IMG/VR virus record: IMGVR_UViG_3300017724_000003
Location: 1-57,903 of that record
Source of the DNA: a virus
DNA: 57,903 nt
Direction: 5' to 3' (one strand)
Position numbers and translations under genes: made by a program. This document shows positions 44,491 to 52,475 of this stretch, piece by piece. The stretch's first letter is position 1. Each line of letters starts with the position of its first letter. The notes beneath the pieces are model-generated. The model saw only the letters and a program-made list of their open reading frames with translations. It was not told the DNA's origin and ran no database searches.

Positions 44491-45188
44491 CTATATAGCT
44501 TTACTAAAATCGTGTCCTGCTCGGCTGTTAGAACAGGCGAATTTGAGGTGAGAGGTATTAAGCGTTTCTTTTTGAAAGACCCGTCTGACTTAGACAGGGG
44601 GGAGAATAGCGACAAGAAATGACAATGCTCACCCTCGGGCTCAATGGTAATTGATTGGCCAGCGAGTAGAGGGATAACTTTTCGCTTGAAGCTGGAGCTA
44701 TTCTTGGTGGGCAGCGTGCATACTAATTCAGAGCCGGGGTGGAGCACCTCCAGCTTTATCGCCGACCAGCGAGGACTGAACGCGATGGAGCAGTCCGTCC
44801 ACTCTTCCAGGTTCCAGACAGCGCTGGCGTCTATGTAAGCCGTGACTCTGCCTGTGGTCGAATTAAAGGTATAACGGTCGATGAAGAAAGGCTCTGTTCC
44901 TGCCATAGCAGCCTCTACGGCATCCATATCTGTACCAGTTACACACTTGTATGTTGCTGCTACATAGTCATCGGATGGGCTGCTGGGCGATGGAGTGGCG
45001 CATACCCAAGGAGTTGCACCAGAAACAAGGTGGGACGTTTCAGGATGCTCAGAGGCACCCTCATAAAGATTGTTGGTTTCTTCAGGTAAGAATGTTGCCT
45101 GCTGACCAACGTGGGACAGAGGAGCATAACTCAGGGCAAGCTCGTCGGTCGCATGAATTGGGATGTTTACTCTACCTTTTAAGGACAT
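44487..45188 (-). CDS. Hypothetical protein (possible cupin-like C-terminus)
   Basis: 233-aa ORF, ATGA overlap with the downstream oxygenase gene. The cupin hint rests only on ...ITIEPEGEHCHF. Confidence 0.5.
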   Translation of the reverse strand: MSLKGRVNIPIHATDELALSYAPLSHVGQQATFLPEETNNLYEGASEHPETSHLVSGATPWVCATPSPSSPSDDYVAATYKCVTGTDMDAVEAAMAGTEPFFIDRYTFNSTTGRVTAYIDASAVWNLEEWTDCSIAFSPRWSAIKLEVLHPGSELVCTLPTKNSSSFKRKVIPLLAGQSITIEPEGEHCHFLSLFSPLSKSDGSFKKKRLIPLTSNSPVLTAEQDTILVKLYR

Positions 45189-45193
45189 TGCAT

Positions 45194-45463
45194 TTACTCG
45201 ATTGAGTTAGATGATGTTCCGGTCGTGCCAACCAGTGAAGCGGTACCTGTAATTGCAGGGGTAGGAGCGCACACCGCAAGAATGGTTGCGTCAATCGACT
45301 CTCTTGTGGCGGTCTCGTCTACCTGGTTGTCTGGGTCGTGCACAGCAGGAACTAGAACCGTTCTTGACTCTCCATCATGAGTAAAGGACACAAGGTACTC
45401 GCGAGTGTCAACGTCATAAGCAACAATGGTGTAATCAACTGTAATGGTCATTTTCTTTCCCAC
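45194..45463 (-). CDS. Hypothetical protein
   Basis: 89-aa ORF overlapping the upstream gene end by 16 nt. Confidence 0.45.
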   Translation of the reverse strand: MGKKMTITVDYTIVAYDVDTREYLVSFTHDGESRTVLVPAVHDPDNQVDETATRESIDATILAVCAPTPAITGTASLVGTTGTSSNSIE

Positions 45464-46152
45464 ATAGTTTCGCGATAAAGACTTGGGCGGCTAGTGCGCT
45501 GACTCCTTAAATGGTTAAGCGCCTTGACCTCCTTGCTTGACATCGCTCGAATATCAGACTTCTTGTCCATACCCCTCTTAAAAGGTATGGCCTGAACGAC
45601 AGGATAGCCTCGCGGAATCAGAAGGGTCGTCCCCTTCGGCTTTAGGAAGCTAGGGAAGTTCACAAACTCGAGATACTTATCTGTCTCGACTACTCCAGCC
45701 ATCGGCTCGAAGTATTTGTTTTCTCTGTTTAAGGGGGAGACGAAGAGTGTCGACCAACCAGGCGGGGTCCGCATGTGCCAGTAGTTCATTATCTTTAGGG
45801 GTAATCTCGGTAGTGACGGATGACCCTTTATCTGTTGCGTCGCATGCTCCTCGATAACCGAGTGAGTAAAGTCTGTATGCCATTCAACGCCGCTGCCATC
45901 GTCATTGATGGAGACTTCCATTTCTGCTGGCGTCGTCAATATCCAGCCGCTAACCATAGCGTCCAGAACAGGCGGGCATCGCTTGATGGTCCGGTTAGGC
46001 CAAACGGTTCCAGAGTCGGGGTCTTGGTTAGCAAACCCCTTTAGCTTTTTGAACCAATCAGGCAACAAAGACCTAGCAGGGATAGGCTCTGGGATTACGC
46101 CATACAGCTCTGGGTATGTAGTGAAAGTAACTTTAGGATTTCCAAATATCAT
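45448..46152 (-). CDS. Conserved hypothetical protein, possibly another double-stranded beta-helix (oxygenase-like) protein
   Basis: 234 aa. WHTDF (HxD-like) and a later YWHMRTPPGW. ATGA overlap with the collagen-like gene stop. Fold assignment is speculative. Confidence 0.5.
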   Translation of the reverse strand: MIFGNPKVTFTTYPELYGVIPEPIPARSLLPDWFKKLKGFANQDPDSGTVWPNRTIKRCPPVLDAMVSGWILTTPAEMEVSINDDGSGVEWHTDFTHSVIEEHATQQIKGHPSLPRLPLKIMNYWHMRTPPGWSTLFVSPLNRENKYFEPMAGVVETDKYLEFVNFPSFLKPKGTTLLIPRGYPVVQAIPFKRGMDKKSDIRAMSSKEVKALNHLRSQRTSRPSLYRETMWERK

Positions 46153-47969
46153 TGTCGCTCGAATGTAACAGTAACTTCAGTGCCAGACGCCACGGACACA
46201 GCAATCTGCTGTTGCGCCTGTGTAATCGTTATATTTTGGTCAACGTATGAGGTCGTCCCACCTGCTGTGCCGGAGCCACCAGCGTTGCCTGCTTTGCCTG
46301 ACCATGTGCTCGGAGCAGCGCCGCCAGGATTTCCTGAGCCGCCGCCATTGCCTGCACTACCATTGTTGCCTGATGAACCATTGCCTCCAGGGTTTCCGCC
46401 GTTAGCTCCGTTGCCGTTGTTTCCTGGGTTGCCTGAGTTGCCTGAGTTGCCTGGGCTTCCTGCGGAACCGGAGTTGGCACCACTGCCGTTGTTGCCCGCG
46501 CTCCCTGCGTTACCGTTAGAGCCCGCGTTACCGCCACTACCGCCACTACCGTTATAGGAGCGCCCCCCACGGCCTCCATTGCCACCAGTATCAGAATAAT
46601 TAGCGATGGCACCACCATTGCCGCCGTTGCCGTAGCCACTTCGATTGCCGTCGGGGCTTCCGGTATTGCCGTTGGCTCCTGGGAGCATCCCGAGACGCGC
46701 CCCGGCAGCGCCGCCATTGCCGCCACCACCAGCGCCACCACCGCTGCCGCCTGAGCCGCCAGGGCCGTTGTTGCCTGGGTTGCCCGAGCTACCTGGGTTG
46801 CCAGCATTACCTGCGTTGCCTCGTGCTCCACCAGCACCGCCGTTTCCTGCGGCACCTGCGTTACCAGGATTGCCTGCATTACCCGCAGAGCCGCCATTAC
46901 CCGCAGCGCCATTGTTTCCGGGATTGCCGGAGTTGCCGGGATTGCCAGGAGGACCGCCGTTGCCTGCGCTGCCAGCAGGGCCACCTACACCACCATTGCC
47001 CGCAGCTCCACTAGCACCGCCAGCTCCTCCAGCAAAAGTGTGGTAGCTACCAAAAGCTGTGGAGGCTCCAGAATTTCCAGAAGCCCCTGCGTTTCCTGCT
47101 GCCCCAGAATTTCCGCTATTGCCAGCGTTACCTGACGCCCCGCTATTGCCAGCGTTACCTGGGTTGCCTGATGTGGCACCCGAACCGTTATTGCCTGCGT
47201 TTCCTGATGAGCCACTGGTTCCGTTGTTTCCTGCTCCGCCGCCGTTACCGCTTGCACCAGTATTGCCTGCGTTTCCGTTAGAGCCAGAGTTTCCTGGGTT
47301 GCCGTTAGCGCCAAAGTTTCTTCCGTTGCCGGACGCCCCAGTGTTACCGCTTGCACCAGTATTGCCTGCGCCTCCGCCGTTTCCAGGGTTAGAGTTGTAC
47401 CAGCCCATAACCGGGTCCCTGGGTGTATTTCCACGGCTGCCAGCATTGCCGCCGGGACCTGAACCAGCGTTACCTGGGTTGCCTAAGGCGCCTTGCCCCG
47501 CCTTAAAGCTCCCGCTTGCTCCACCGCCTCCGCCGCCTCCAGGGTTTCCTGCGCCGCCTGTATTTCCTGTCGCACCCGGGTTGCCAGCGTTGCCTCGTGC
47601 ACCGCCATTGCCTGCGTTGCCGTTACTGCCTGGGTTGCCTGAGTTTCCTTGAGCGCCACCATTGCCCGCAGGGCCACCGTTACCACGAACACCGTTGTTG
47701 CCCGAGTTCCCTGCATTGCCCGCGTTACCTGCGCTGCCAGCATTACCTGCATTGCCAATCACCCCAGGGTTTCCTGGGTTGCCTGCGTTACCTTGGTTGC
47801 CGTCCGTTCCTGGGTTTCCAGGAGAGCCAGCGTTGCCTGAAGTTCCCTTACCTCGAACAGTGACTTTGGAGATGCCGGGAGGCACGGTAAAGGTTCCGCT
47901 CGATGTGAACGTCTGTGTACCCCCTGGGAACAGAGGGTCTGCGCGCATGGAAACCCCGAGCAAAGGCAT
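46149..47969 (-). CDS. Collagen-like (strict Gly-X-Y) glycine/asparagine-rich fibre protein
   Basis: 606 aa. Non-repeat N-terminus (FTSSGTFTVPPGISKVTV), several long blocks with Gly at every third residue (GNAGNPGNPG...) separated by short linkers, and a globular C-terminal tail. Confidence 0.8.
   Translation of the reverse strand: MPLLGVSMRADPLFPGGTQTFTSSGTFTVPPGISKVTVRGKGTSGNAGSPGNPGTDGNQGNAGNPGNPGVIGNAGNAGSAGNAGNAGNSGNNGVRGNGGPAGNGGAQGNSGNPGSNGNAGNGGARGNAGNPGATGNTGGAGNPGGGGGGGASGSFKAGQGALGNPGNAGSGPGGNAGSRGNTPRDPVMGWYNSNPGNGGGAGNTGASGNTGASGNGRNFGANGNPGNSGSNGNAGNTGASGNGGGAGNNGTSGSSGNAGNNGSGATSGNPGNAGNSGASGNAGNSGNSGAAGNAGASGNSGASTAFGSYHTFAGGAGGASGAAGNGGVGGPAGSAGNGGPPGNPGNSGNPGNNGAAGNGGSAGNAGNPGNAGAAGNGGAGGARGNAGNAGNPGSSGNPGNNGPGGSGGSGGGAGGGGNGGAAGARLGMLPGANGNTGSPDGNRSGYGNGGNGGAIANYSDTGGNGGRGGRSYNGSGGSGGNAGSNGNAGSAGNNGSGANSGSAGSPGNSGNSGNPGNNGNGANGGNPGGNGSSGNNGSAGNGGGSGNPGGAAPSTWSGKAGNAGGSGTAGGTTSYVDQNITITQAQQQIAVSVASGTEVTVTFERQ
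46290..47837. repeat. Degenerate 9-nt/triplet repeat DNA encoding the Gly-X-Y blocks
   Basis: Reiterated GTTGCC(T/A/C)GG-type units. The low complexity keeps long ORFs open in several other frames on both strands. Confidence 0.8.
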
Positions 47970-48292
47970 TAGGACACCTGTGTAGCAAGAGTTACAAAAT
48001 CATCTGGGAGGTCGGCTACGGCAACAGCAAAGTGTTGCTTGCGATAGCTGTCAGAACCATCGTCTGCCTCCCAGAGCACTTGGTTGAAGACGAGAACAGG
48101 TGTGTCCTCGAATGTTACTTGTTCTTCACCGTCCCAAAACCATGTTGATAAAGCGGCTAGGCTTTCCGTAGGGTCTGCATAATCTAGGTTGGTGTAAGCA
48201 ATCCCGTTGGCATCCAGCCACTGTCTAATTGTGGCGCTGGCTGCCTGACCGGGCTTCGCATACAAATGAATGTCGTCGTAGCGGATAGTCAT
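47969..48292 (-). CDS. Hypothetical protein, possibly a glutaredoxin/NrdH-like fold lacking the CxxC motif
   Basis: IHLYAKPGQAASATIRQWLDANGIAYTNLDY mirrors the Grx beta-alpha-beta start, with QAAS where CxxC is expected. TAATG overlap with the collagen-like gene start. Confidence 0.45.
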   Translation of the reverse strand: MTIRYDDIHLYAKPGQAASATIRQWLDANGIAYTNLDYADPTESLAALSTWFWDGEEQVTFEDTPVLVFNQVLWEADDGSDSYRKQHFAVAVADLPDDFVTLATQVS

Positions 48293-48294
48293 CT

Positions 48295-50316
48295 CTAAGC
48301 CTCATAGAAAGATAGTGATACGTAGATGGTGGTAGAGCCCTTCACGAGCAGGGCTGTGTAGATTGTCTCCTTGTTCGCCGCAGTATTTACGCCAGGCTGG
48401 GTAGACGAGCTGTTGTATTTGATTGAGTAACCAGAAGGAGCGGCGAAAGTGAACGCACGACCACCCGTCCCGTCCTGCTTAACAAACACTGTTACTGTCC
48501 GAGCTGTGCCTGTCGGCATTTCGTCTGTGTCTGGGAGGGTGACGGTTGTGCCGCCCGTCAGTGTGTAGCTGACGTTGTTGGTTGCGTCAGGAATAGTTAC
48601 TGAACCACTGACGTTTGCGTTTGACGCCATAACCTCCTGGAAGTTCTCAAGGGTAACGTCCGTAATCTTGTTGTTGTTAAAGTCTACGTCGCCCGTCATC
48701 GTGCCACCAGCAAGGGGCAGTTTTGCGGCAATCGCATTGTTTGTCGTCGTCGCAAAGTTGCTGTCGTCGTTTAGCGCTGCGGCCAACTCGTTGAGGGTAT
48801 CGAGGGAAGCTGGTGCGCTGTCCACGATGGCAGCAACTTCCGTGTCTACGTAGCCTTTGGTGGCTGCATGACCCGTCGCTGTCGGGGTGGCAACCGTAAT
48901 GGTGTTGGTTGTTGTCGCACCTACATCGGTAAGAGCTTGCAAGGTATACGCGGTAGGCGTGTATGCAGAACCACTAAACACAGGCACTTGGTTTGCTGAC
49001 GGAGCAGTTGCCGCTACGTTCGCCAAATCCTGTAGGTTTATGCTGGAAAAAGCCGAAGACGTAACCCAAGAAATGCCGTTGTAAGATTTAAGCTGGTTAT
49101 TGGCTGTGTCATACCACAGGTCGCCCGCACCGATGTTCGACCCTACAGGAGCGAATGGGCCAATAAAGTAAGTGTTCGCGAATGAATTTACATCCGCAAT
49201 GCTTCCGGCAACAGTATTTACGTTAGCAATAGAGCCCGCCACGGTAGAGACGTTTGTGTTGTTGCCAGCAACAGTGGTTACATCTGAGGTGATGCCGCCA
49301 ACAGCAGTCACGTTTGCATTGTTGCCTGCGACAGTGTTGATGTTTGCGCTATTGTTTGCGACCGCTGTGACGTTGGAGTCGATGCCAGCAACAGTGTTTA
49401 CGTTGGCTATTGAGGCTGCAACCGTTCCGACGGTGTCTGTGCCAGCCAAATCGGCGGCGACAGTCCCAATGTCAGTAGCGTCACCAGCTACAGAAGTTAC
49501 GTTCGCCGAGATGCCAGCAACGATATTTACGTTGGCTACGTTTGCTGAAACGACACCGATGTCTGTAGCGTCTCCCGCAACCGCTGTTACGTCACTTGAG
49601 ATGCCCGCAACCGTAGTTACGTTTGCATCAATACCGCTCACGGTATTTACGTTTGCGATGTTGGTCGCGACTGTCTGGACAGATGAGATGTTTGCGGACA
49701 CCGTAGTTACGGGTGTAGACGTTGCCCAGTATTTAGCTGAGTAGTTGGTTCCGTCGACTGTACCGCTGGTTTTTGTTGCCCACTCCATTGCCGCGCCACG
49801 GTTCGCCGTGTCGGTTACGCCTGTGCCGCCAATAGCCCATGCCTTTGCAGAGTATTCGCTACCCGTTACTGCGCCATCTGTTTTGTTGGCGTAGTCAGAT
49901 ACCAGAGAGCCGTTGATGACTTTCTGAAACTTGGTTGCGTCAGGCGTGGCTGCTGAGGACGTATGAGCTGATATGCAGACGTGGGTGTCTTGCGCGTTGG
50001 TGACGATGTCGAGTGGTTTGTATGCGGTGGCAGTTGCGTATGCGCCGCGCGGATTGAATATCTCAACGCCTGTCTCCACAAAGCTATTGCCTGTGCCAAC
50101 ACGAACTTCGAGTTTGTTGTTGTCCGTTGTGTCGACCTGGAAGGTAAAGATAGTTGCGTCGAACGTACCGTTGCTACTGTTGAAGATGTCACCGAGAAGC
50201 TGGCTCAGTTGGCGTCCGCCAATCTCAGCATTCTCCATATATGTGTCCAGAACGTGCTCACCAGTATTGGCGGAGACGAAACGGAGCTGTTCACCTGTGG
50301 GGCGCGTAATAGCCAT
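48295..50316 (-). CDS. Tail fiber protein 2, with YSAK(A/Y)WA motifs and a 10-aa tandem-repeat shaft
   Basis: N-terminal domain homologous to ORF 35476-37023. EYSAKAWA / NYSAKYWA. About 17 repeats of the xNVxTVAGxx type. Confidence 0.75.
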   Translation of the reverse strand: MAITRPTGEQLRFVSANTGEHVLDTYMENAEIGGRQLSQLLGDIFNSSNGTFDATIFTFQVDTTDNNKLEVRVGTGNSFVETGVEIFNPRGAYATATAYKPLDIVTNAQDTHVCISAHTSSAATPDATKFQKVINGSLVSDYANKTDGAVTGSEYSAKAWAIGGTGVTDTANRGAAMEWATKTSGTVDGTNYSAKYWATSTPVTTVSANISSVQTVATNIANVNTVSGIDANVTTVAGISSDVTAVAGDATDIGVVSANVANVNIVAGISANVTSVAGDATDIGTVAADLAGTDTVGTVAASIANVNTVAGIDSNVTAVANNSANINTVAGNNANVTAVGGITSDVTTVAGNNTNVSTVAGSIANVNTVAGSIADVNSFANTYFIGPFAPVGSNIGAGDLWYDTANNQLKSYNGISWVTSSAFSSINLQDLANVAATAPSANQVPVFSGSAYTPTAYTLQALTDVGATTTNTITVATPTATGHAATKGYVDTEVAAIVDSAPASLDTLNELAAALNDDSNFATTTNNAIAAKLPLAGGTMTGDVDFNNNKITDVTLENFQEVMASNANVSGSVTIPDATNNVSYTLTGGTTVTLPDTDEMPTGTARTVTVFVKQDGTGGRAFTFAAPSGYSIKYNSSSTQPGVNTAANKETIYTALLVKGSTTIYVSLSFYEA
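49177..49707. repeat. About 30-nt in-frame tandem repeats (about 17 units) within tail fiber 2
   Basis: Protein aa 204-380 read as ANVNTVSGID ANVTTVAGIS SDVTAVAGDA TDIGVVSANV and so on. The repeats cause shadow ORF 49172-49744 on the plus strand. Confidence 0.8.
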
Positions 50317-50522
50317 TATAGTCGTCCTTTCAGGTTGGCAACCTCGGCTTCGAGGATAGCCACCTTCTCCTGTAGTTTTGCAATCACTTGAGCGTTTTGA
50401 ATGCCCCAGTCCTTTTGATTACGATTAACCTGCTCAAACACTGCGTGGACATAGTCCACAACCCCTGTGTCAAGAGACGGTTCCATTGCTGCTGCACGGG
50501 AGTTAATTGTTTCGTTAGCCAT
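50316..50522 (-). CDS. Small coiled-coil protein
   Basis: 68-aa ORF overlapping the portal stop by 8 nt and the fiber start by 1 nt. Confidence 0.5.
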   Translation of the reverse strand: MANETINSRAAAMEPSLDTGVVDYVHAVFEQVNRNQKDWGIQNAQVIAKLQEKVAILEAEVANLKGRL

Positions 50523-52437
50523 TTCTCTGTGCCTCGCTCATTGGGATGAGGTTGCCTTTTTCTACCTCACGTGAGATGTCTTCTTGCGGCTGGACAGATG
50601 CACCACGCATCTTCTCCATCAACGCAATTTGTTGACTAGGTGAATTGCCTTGCGCCTTCTCTTCTTCAGAGATGCGGAATTGGTCTAGGTCTGAAATGCC
50701 CAGGGCCCGGATAGCTTCCTCAGCAATCTTGCCCATCTTGTATTCCATGTTGAGTCCGGTCTGGCTCATCATTTGAAGCATGTTCATCCACGTCTCTGCA
50801 TTGCGTGTAGGCTCAACAGGAAGCGTGCCGTCGATAACCAGGTAGTCAATCTGACCTTGTAGGTCACGAGACGTGTAGTCGATGTAACCATCGTCCACCA
50901 TGTCTGCCAGTTGGCCAGGCATCTTGTCTGGGTCAATCTTGATTGAGCCATCAAGGTCAAGAGAGTCTTGGATGTTGGATGTCATCATGCGGACCATCGG
51001 GCGGATGGTTGTCGCAGAGATGACACGACTAAGAACACCCAGACGCTGAGAACCAAGTTGCGTCATTCGCGCAATCTCTGTCGCTGTGCGTACATCCGGC
51101 GTCGGCATACCCTGTTGCGCGTCACTGGCTGAAGAGACGCGGTTCTTGAGTTCTGACATAGCTTGGATGTCGTTCCAGTGGCCACGAGTGACATCTGGAA
51201 CTTGGGCAATAAAGACACCATCGCCAGGCTTAGCACCTGGCATGGTGCGAACAACACCCCATGGATTGCGGTCGATGAGGTCGGGAACCATTACCTGTGT
51301 CGGGTCGACAAAGATTAGGTTGTTGAGGGCGGCCTGCACATTGTCAATACGACTACGAAGCAGCCACGTTGCAATATCGTGCATAGGGAGCATGAGGTCA
51401 TAGAGGGATTGACCCCACGTTTTGTGGCTGTCGTTATACAGACCGCCCACAACTACTGGGAACTGTTGGCCGTATGGGTTTAGTTGCATACGGATACAGA
51501 TGTGTTCGTCGAGAATGGTAATGACCATCCAGATTTGTTCGATGGATGGAATGCCGATTTCGTGACCAGCAAAGCGCACCCAGCATTCGTCTGTGACACG
51601 TGCGTCACCCAATGTGAAATACGCATGGTCCATACGCTCGCGTTGGTTAGGAGCGGCTGGGTCAATGTTGAGGCCCCGTCCCTCTTCTTTATGCCATCTA
51701 TGGGCAGCCCACGCGTTCCGAGGAGGGGCGGTGCGGTGGCGGAGGGACGGGTGCTTTTTGAGTTTGGGGTAGAGGCCCGAACTCATAAGCGTGTTAAAGC
51801 TGACGTAGTCAGTAAATACACAATACTGCCACTTCTCCCAATCGCCCCAGCTTACGCGTGGGTCAGGGAAGGCACGGCGTGGGTCAAAATTCACTATCTG
51901 GTTTTGGTTTGACTTGGAGTCCCAAACGATTTTTGTGGGAGCAAAGCCATACCTAATGCTATCGAGAAGCATCTGAGCAAGCCGAGCTTCACCAGCAGTT
52001 CTTCGCATTTGGCTGTGAAGCACACGCTCAAGAATTGATGAGACCTTCCGGCTGTTTCGGTTTAGTCCTTCGAGCTGGAACATCGGATTGCGTCCAGCAA
52101 GAGCAGCCATCAAGTAAGTGAGGACGGTGTCCGCCACTGCACGGGTGTCTGCGATTACCGCCTTTTCGCGGAACTGAGTAGCTTCGGGCGGGACGTAGAC
52201 GTCGTGAGCTCGGTCAGCTTCTGTCCAGTGGTCGTACCGCTTCTTAATTTTGTTGTACGACATGTCTACACAGGACTTAACGTAGTCCACGATGCGACGC
52301 TCTTCTTCCTCAGTCAGGTCGTCAGAGATGTCTTCGTAATTGGTTAGCTTGCGCGCCAGGCGTGACAGGTCGACAATCATCCCATCAGTAGGAGAGAAAG
52401 CGTAATCTGCGCCATATAAGTTTGAATCTTCAGCCAT
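50515..52437 (-). CDS. Portal protein
   Basis: 640-aa ORF immediately downstream of TerL. Size and position are typical of a portal; I recognised no contradicting motif. Confidence 0.7.
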   Translation of the reverse strand: MAEDSNLYGADYAFSPTDGMIVDLSRLARKLTNYEDISDDLTEEEERRIVDYVKSCVDMSYNKIKKRYDHWTEADRAHDVYVPPEATQFREKAVIADTRAVADTVLTYLMAALAGRNPMFQLEGLNRNSRKVSSILERVLHSQMRRTAGEARLAQMLLDSIRYGFAPTKIVWDSKSNQNQIVNFDPRRAFPDPRVSWGDWEKWQYCVFTDYVSFNTLMSSGLYPKLKKHPSLRHRTAPPRNAWAAHRWHKEEGRGLNIDPAAPNQRERMDHAYFTLGDARVTDECWVRFAGHEIGIPSIEQIWMVITILDEHICIRMQLNPYGQQFPVVVGGLYNDSHKTWGQSLYDLMLPMHDIATWLLRSRIDNVQAALNNLIFVDPTQVMVPDLIDRNPWGVVRTMPGAKPGDGVFIAQVPDVTRGHWNDIQAMSELKNRVSSASDAQQGMPTPDVRTATEIARMTQLGSQRLGVLSRVISATTIRPMVRMMTSNIQDSLDLDGSIKIDPDKMPGQLADMVDDGYIDYTSRDLQGQIDYLVIDGTLPVEPTRNAETWMNMLQMMSQTGLNMEYKMGKIAEEAIRALGISDLDQFRISEEEKAQGNSPSQQIALMEKMRGASVQPQEDISREVEKGNLIPMSEAQRNG

Positions 52438-52475
52438 GACGTTTAATTTGCCTCATTGTTGTGGAGGGGTCGTCC

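Noticed and set aside
46180-47985. Many long ORFs in other frames and on the plus strand across the collagen-like gene (e.g. 46229-46984 minus, 46645-47046 plus, 47059-47652 plus, 47662-47985 plus)
   Set aside because: They are shadow frames of the triplet-repeat DNA and translate to Pro/Leu/Ala or Thr/Gln/Ala low complexity. Only the Gly-X-Y frame runs the whole length with coupled start and stop junctions to its neighbours.
49177-49707. The regular ~30-nt repeats as a CRISPR-like array
   Set aside because: The units are contiguous with no spacers, are degenerate, and lie in frame within a tail-fibre ORF.
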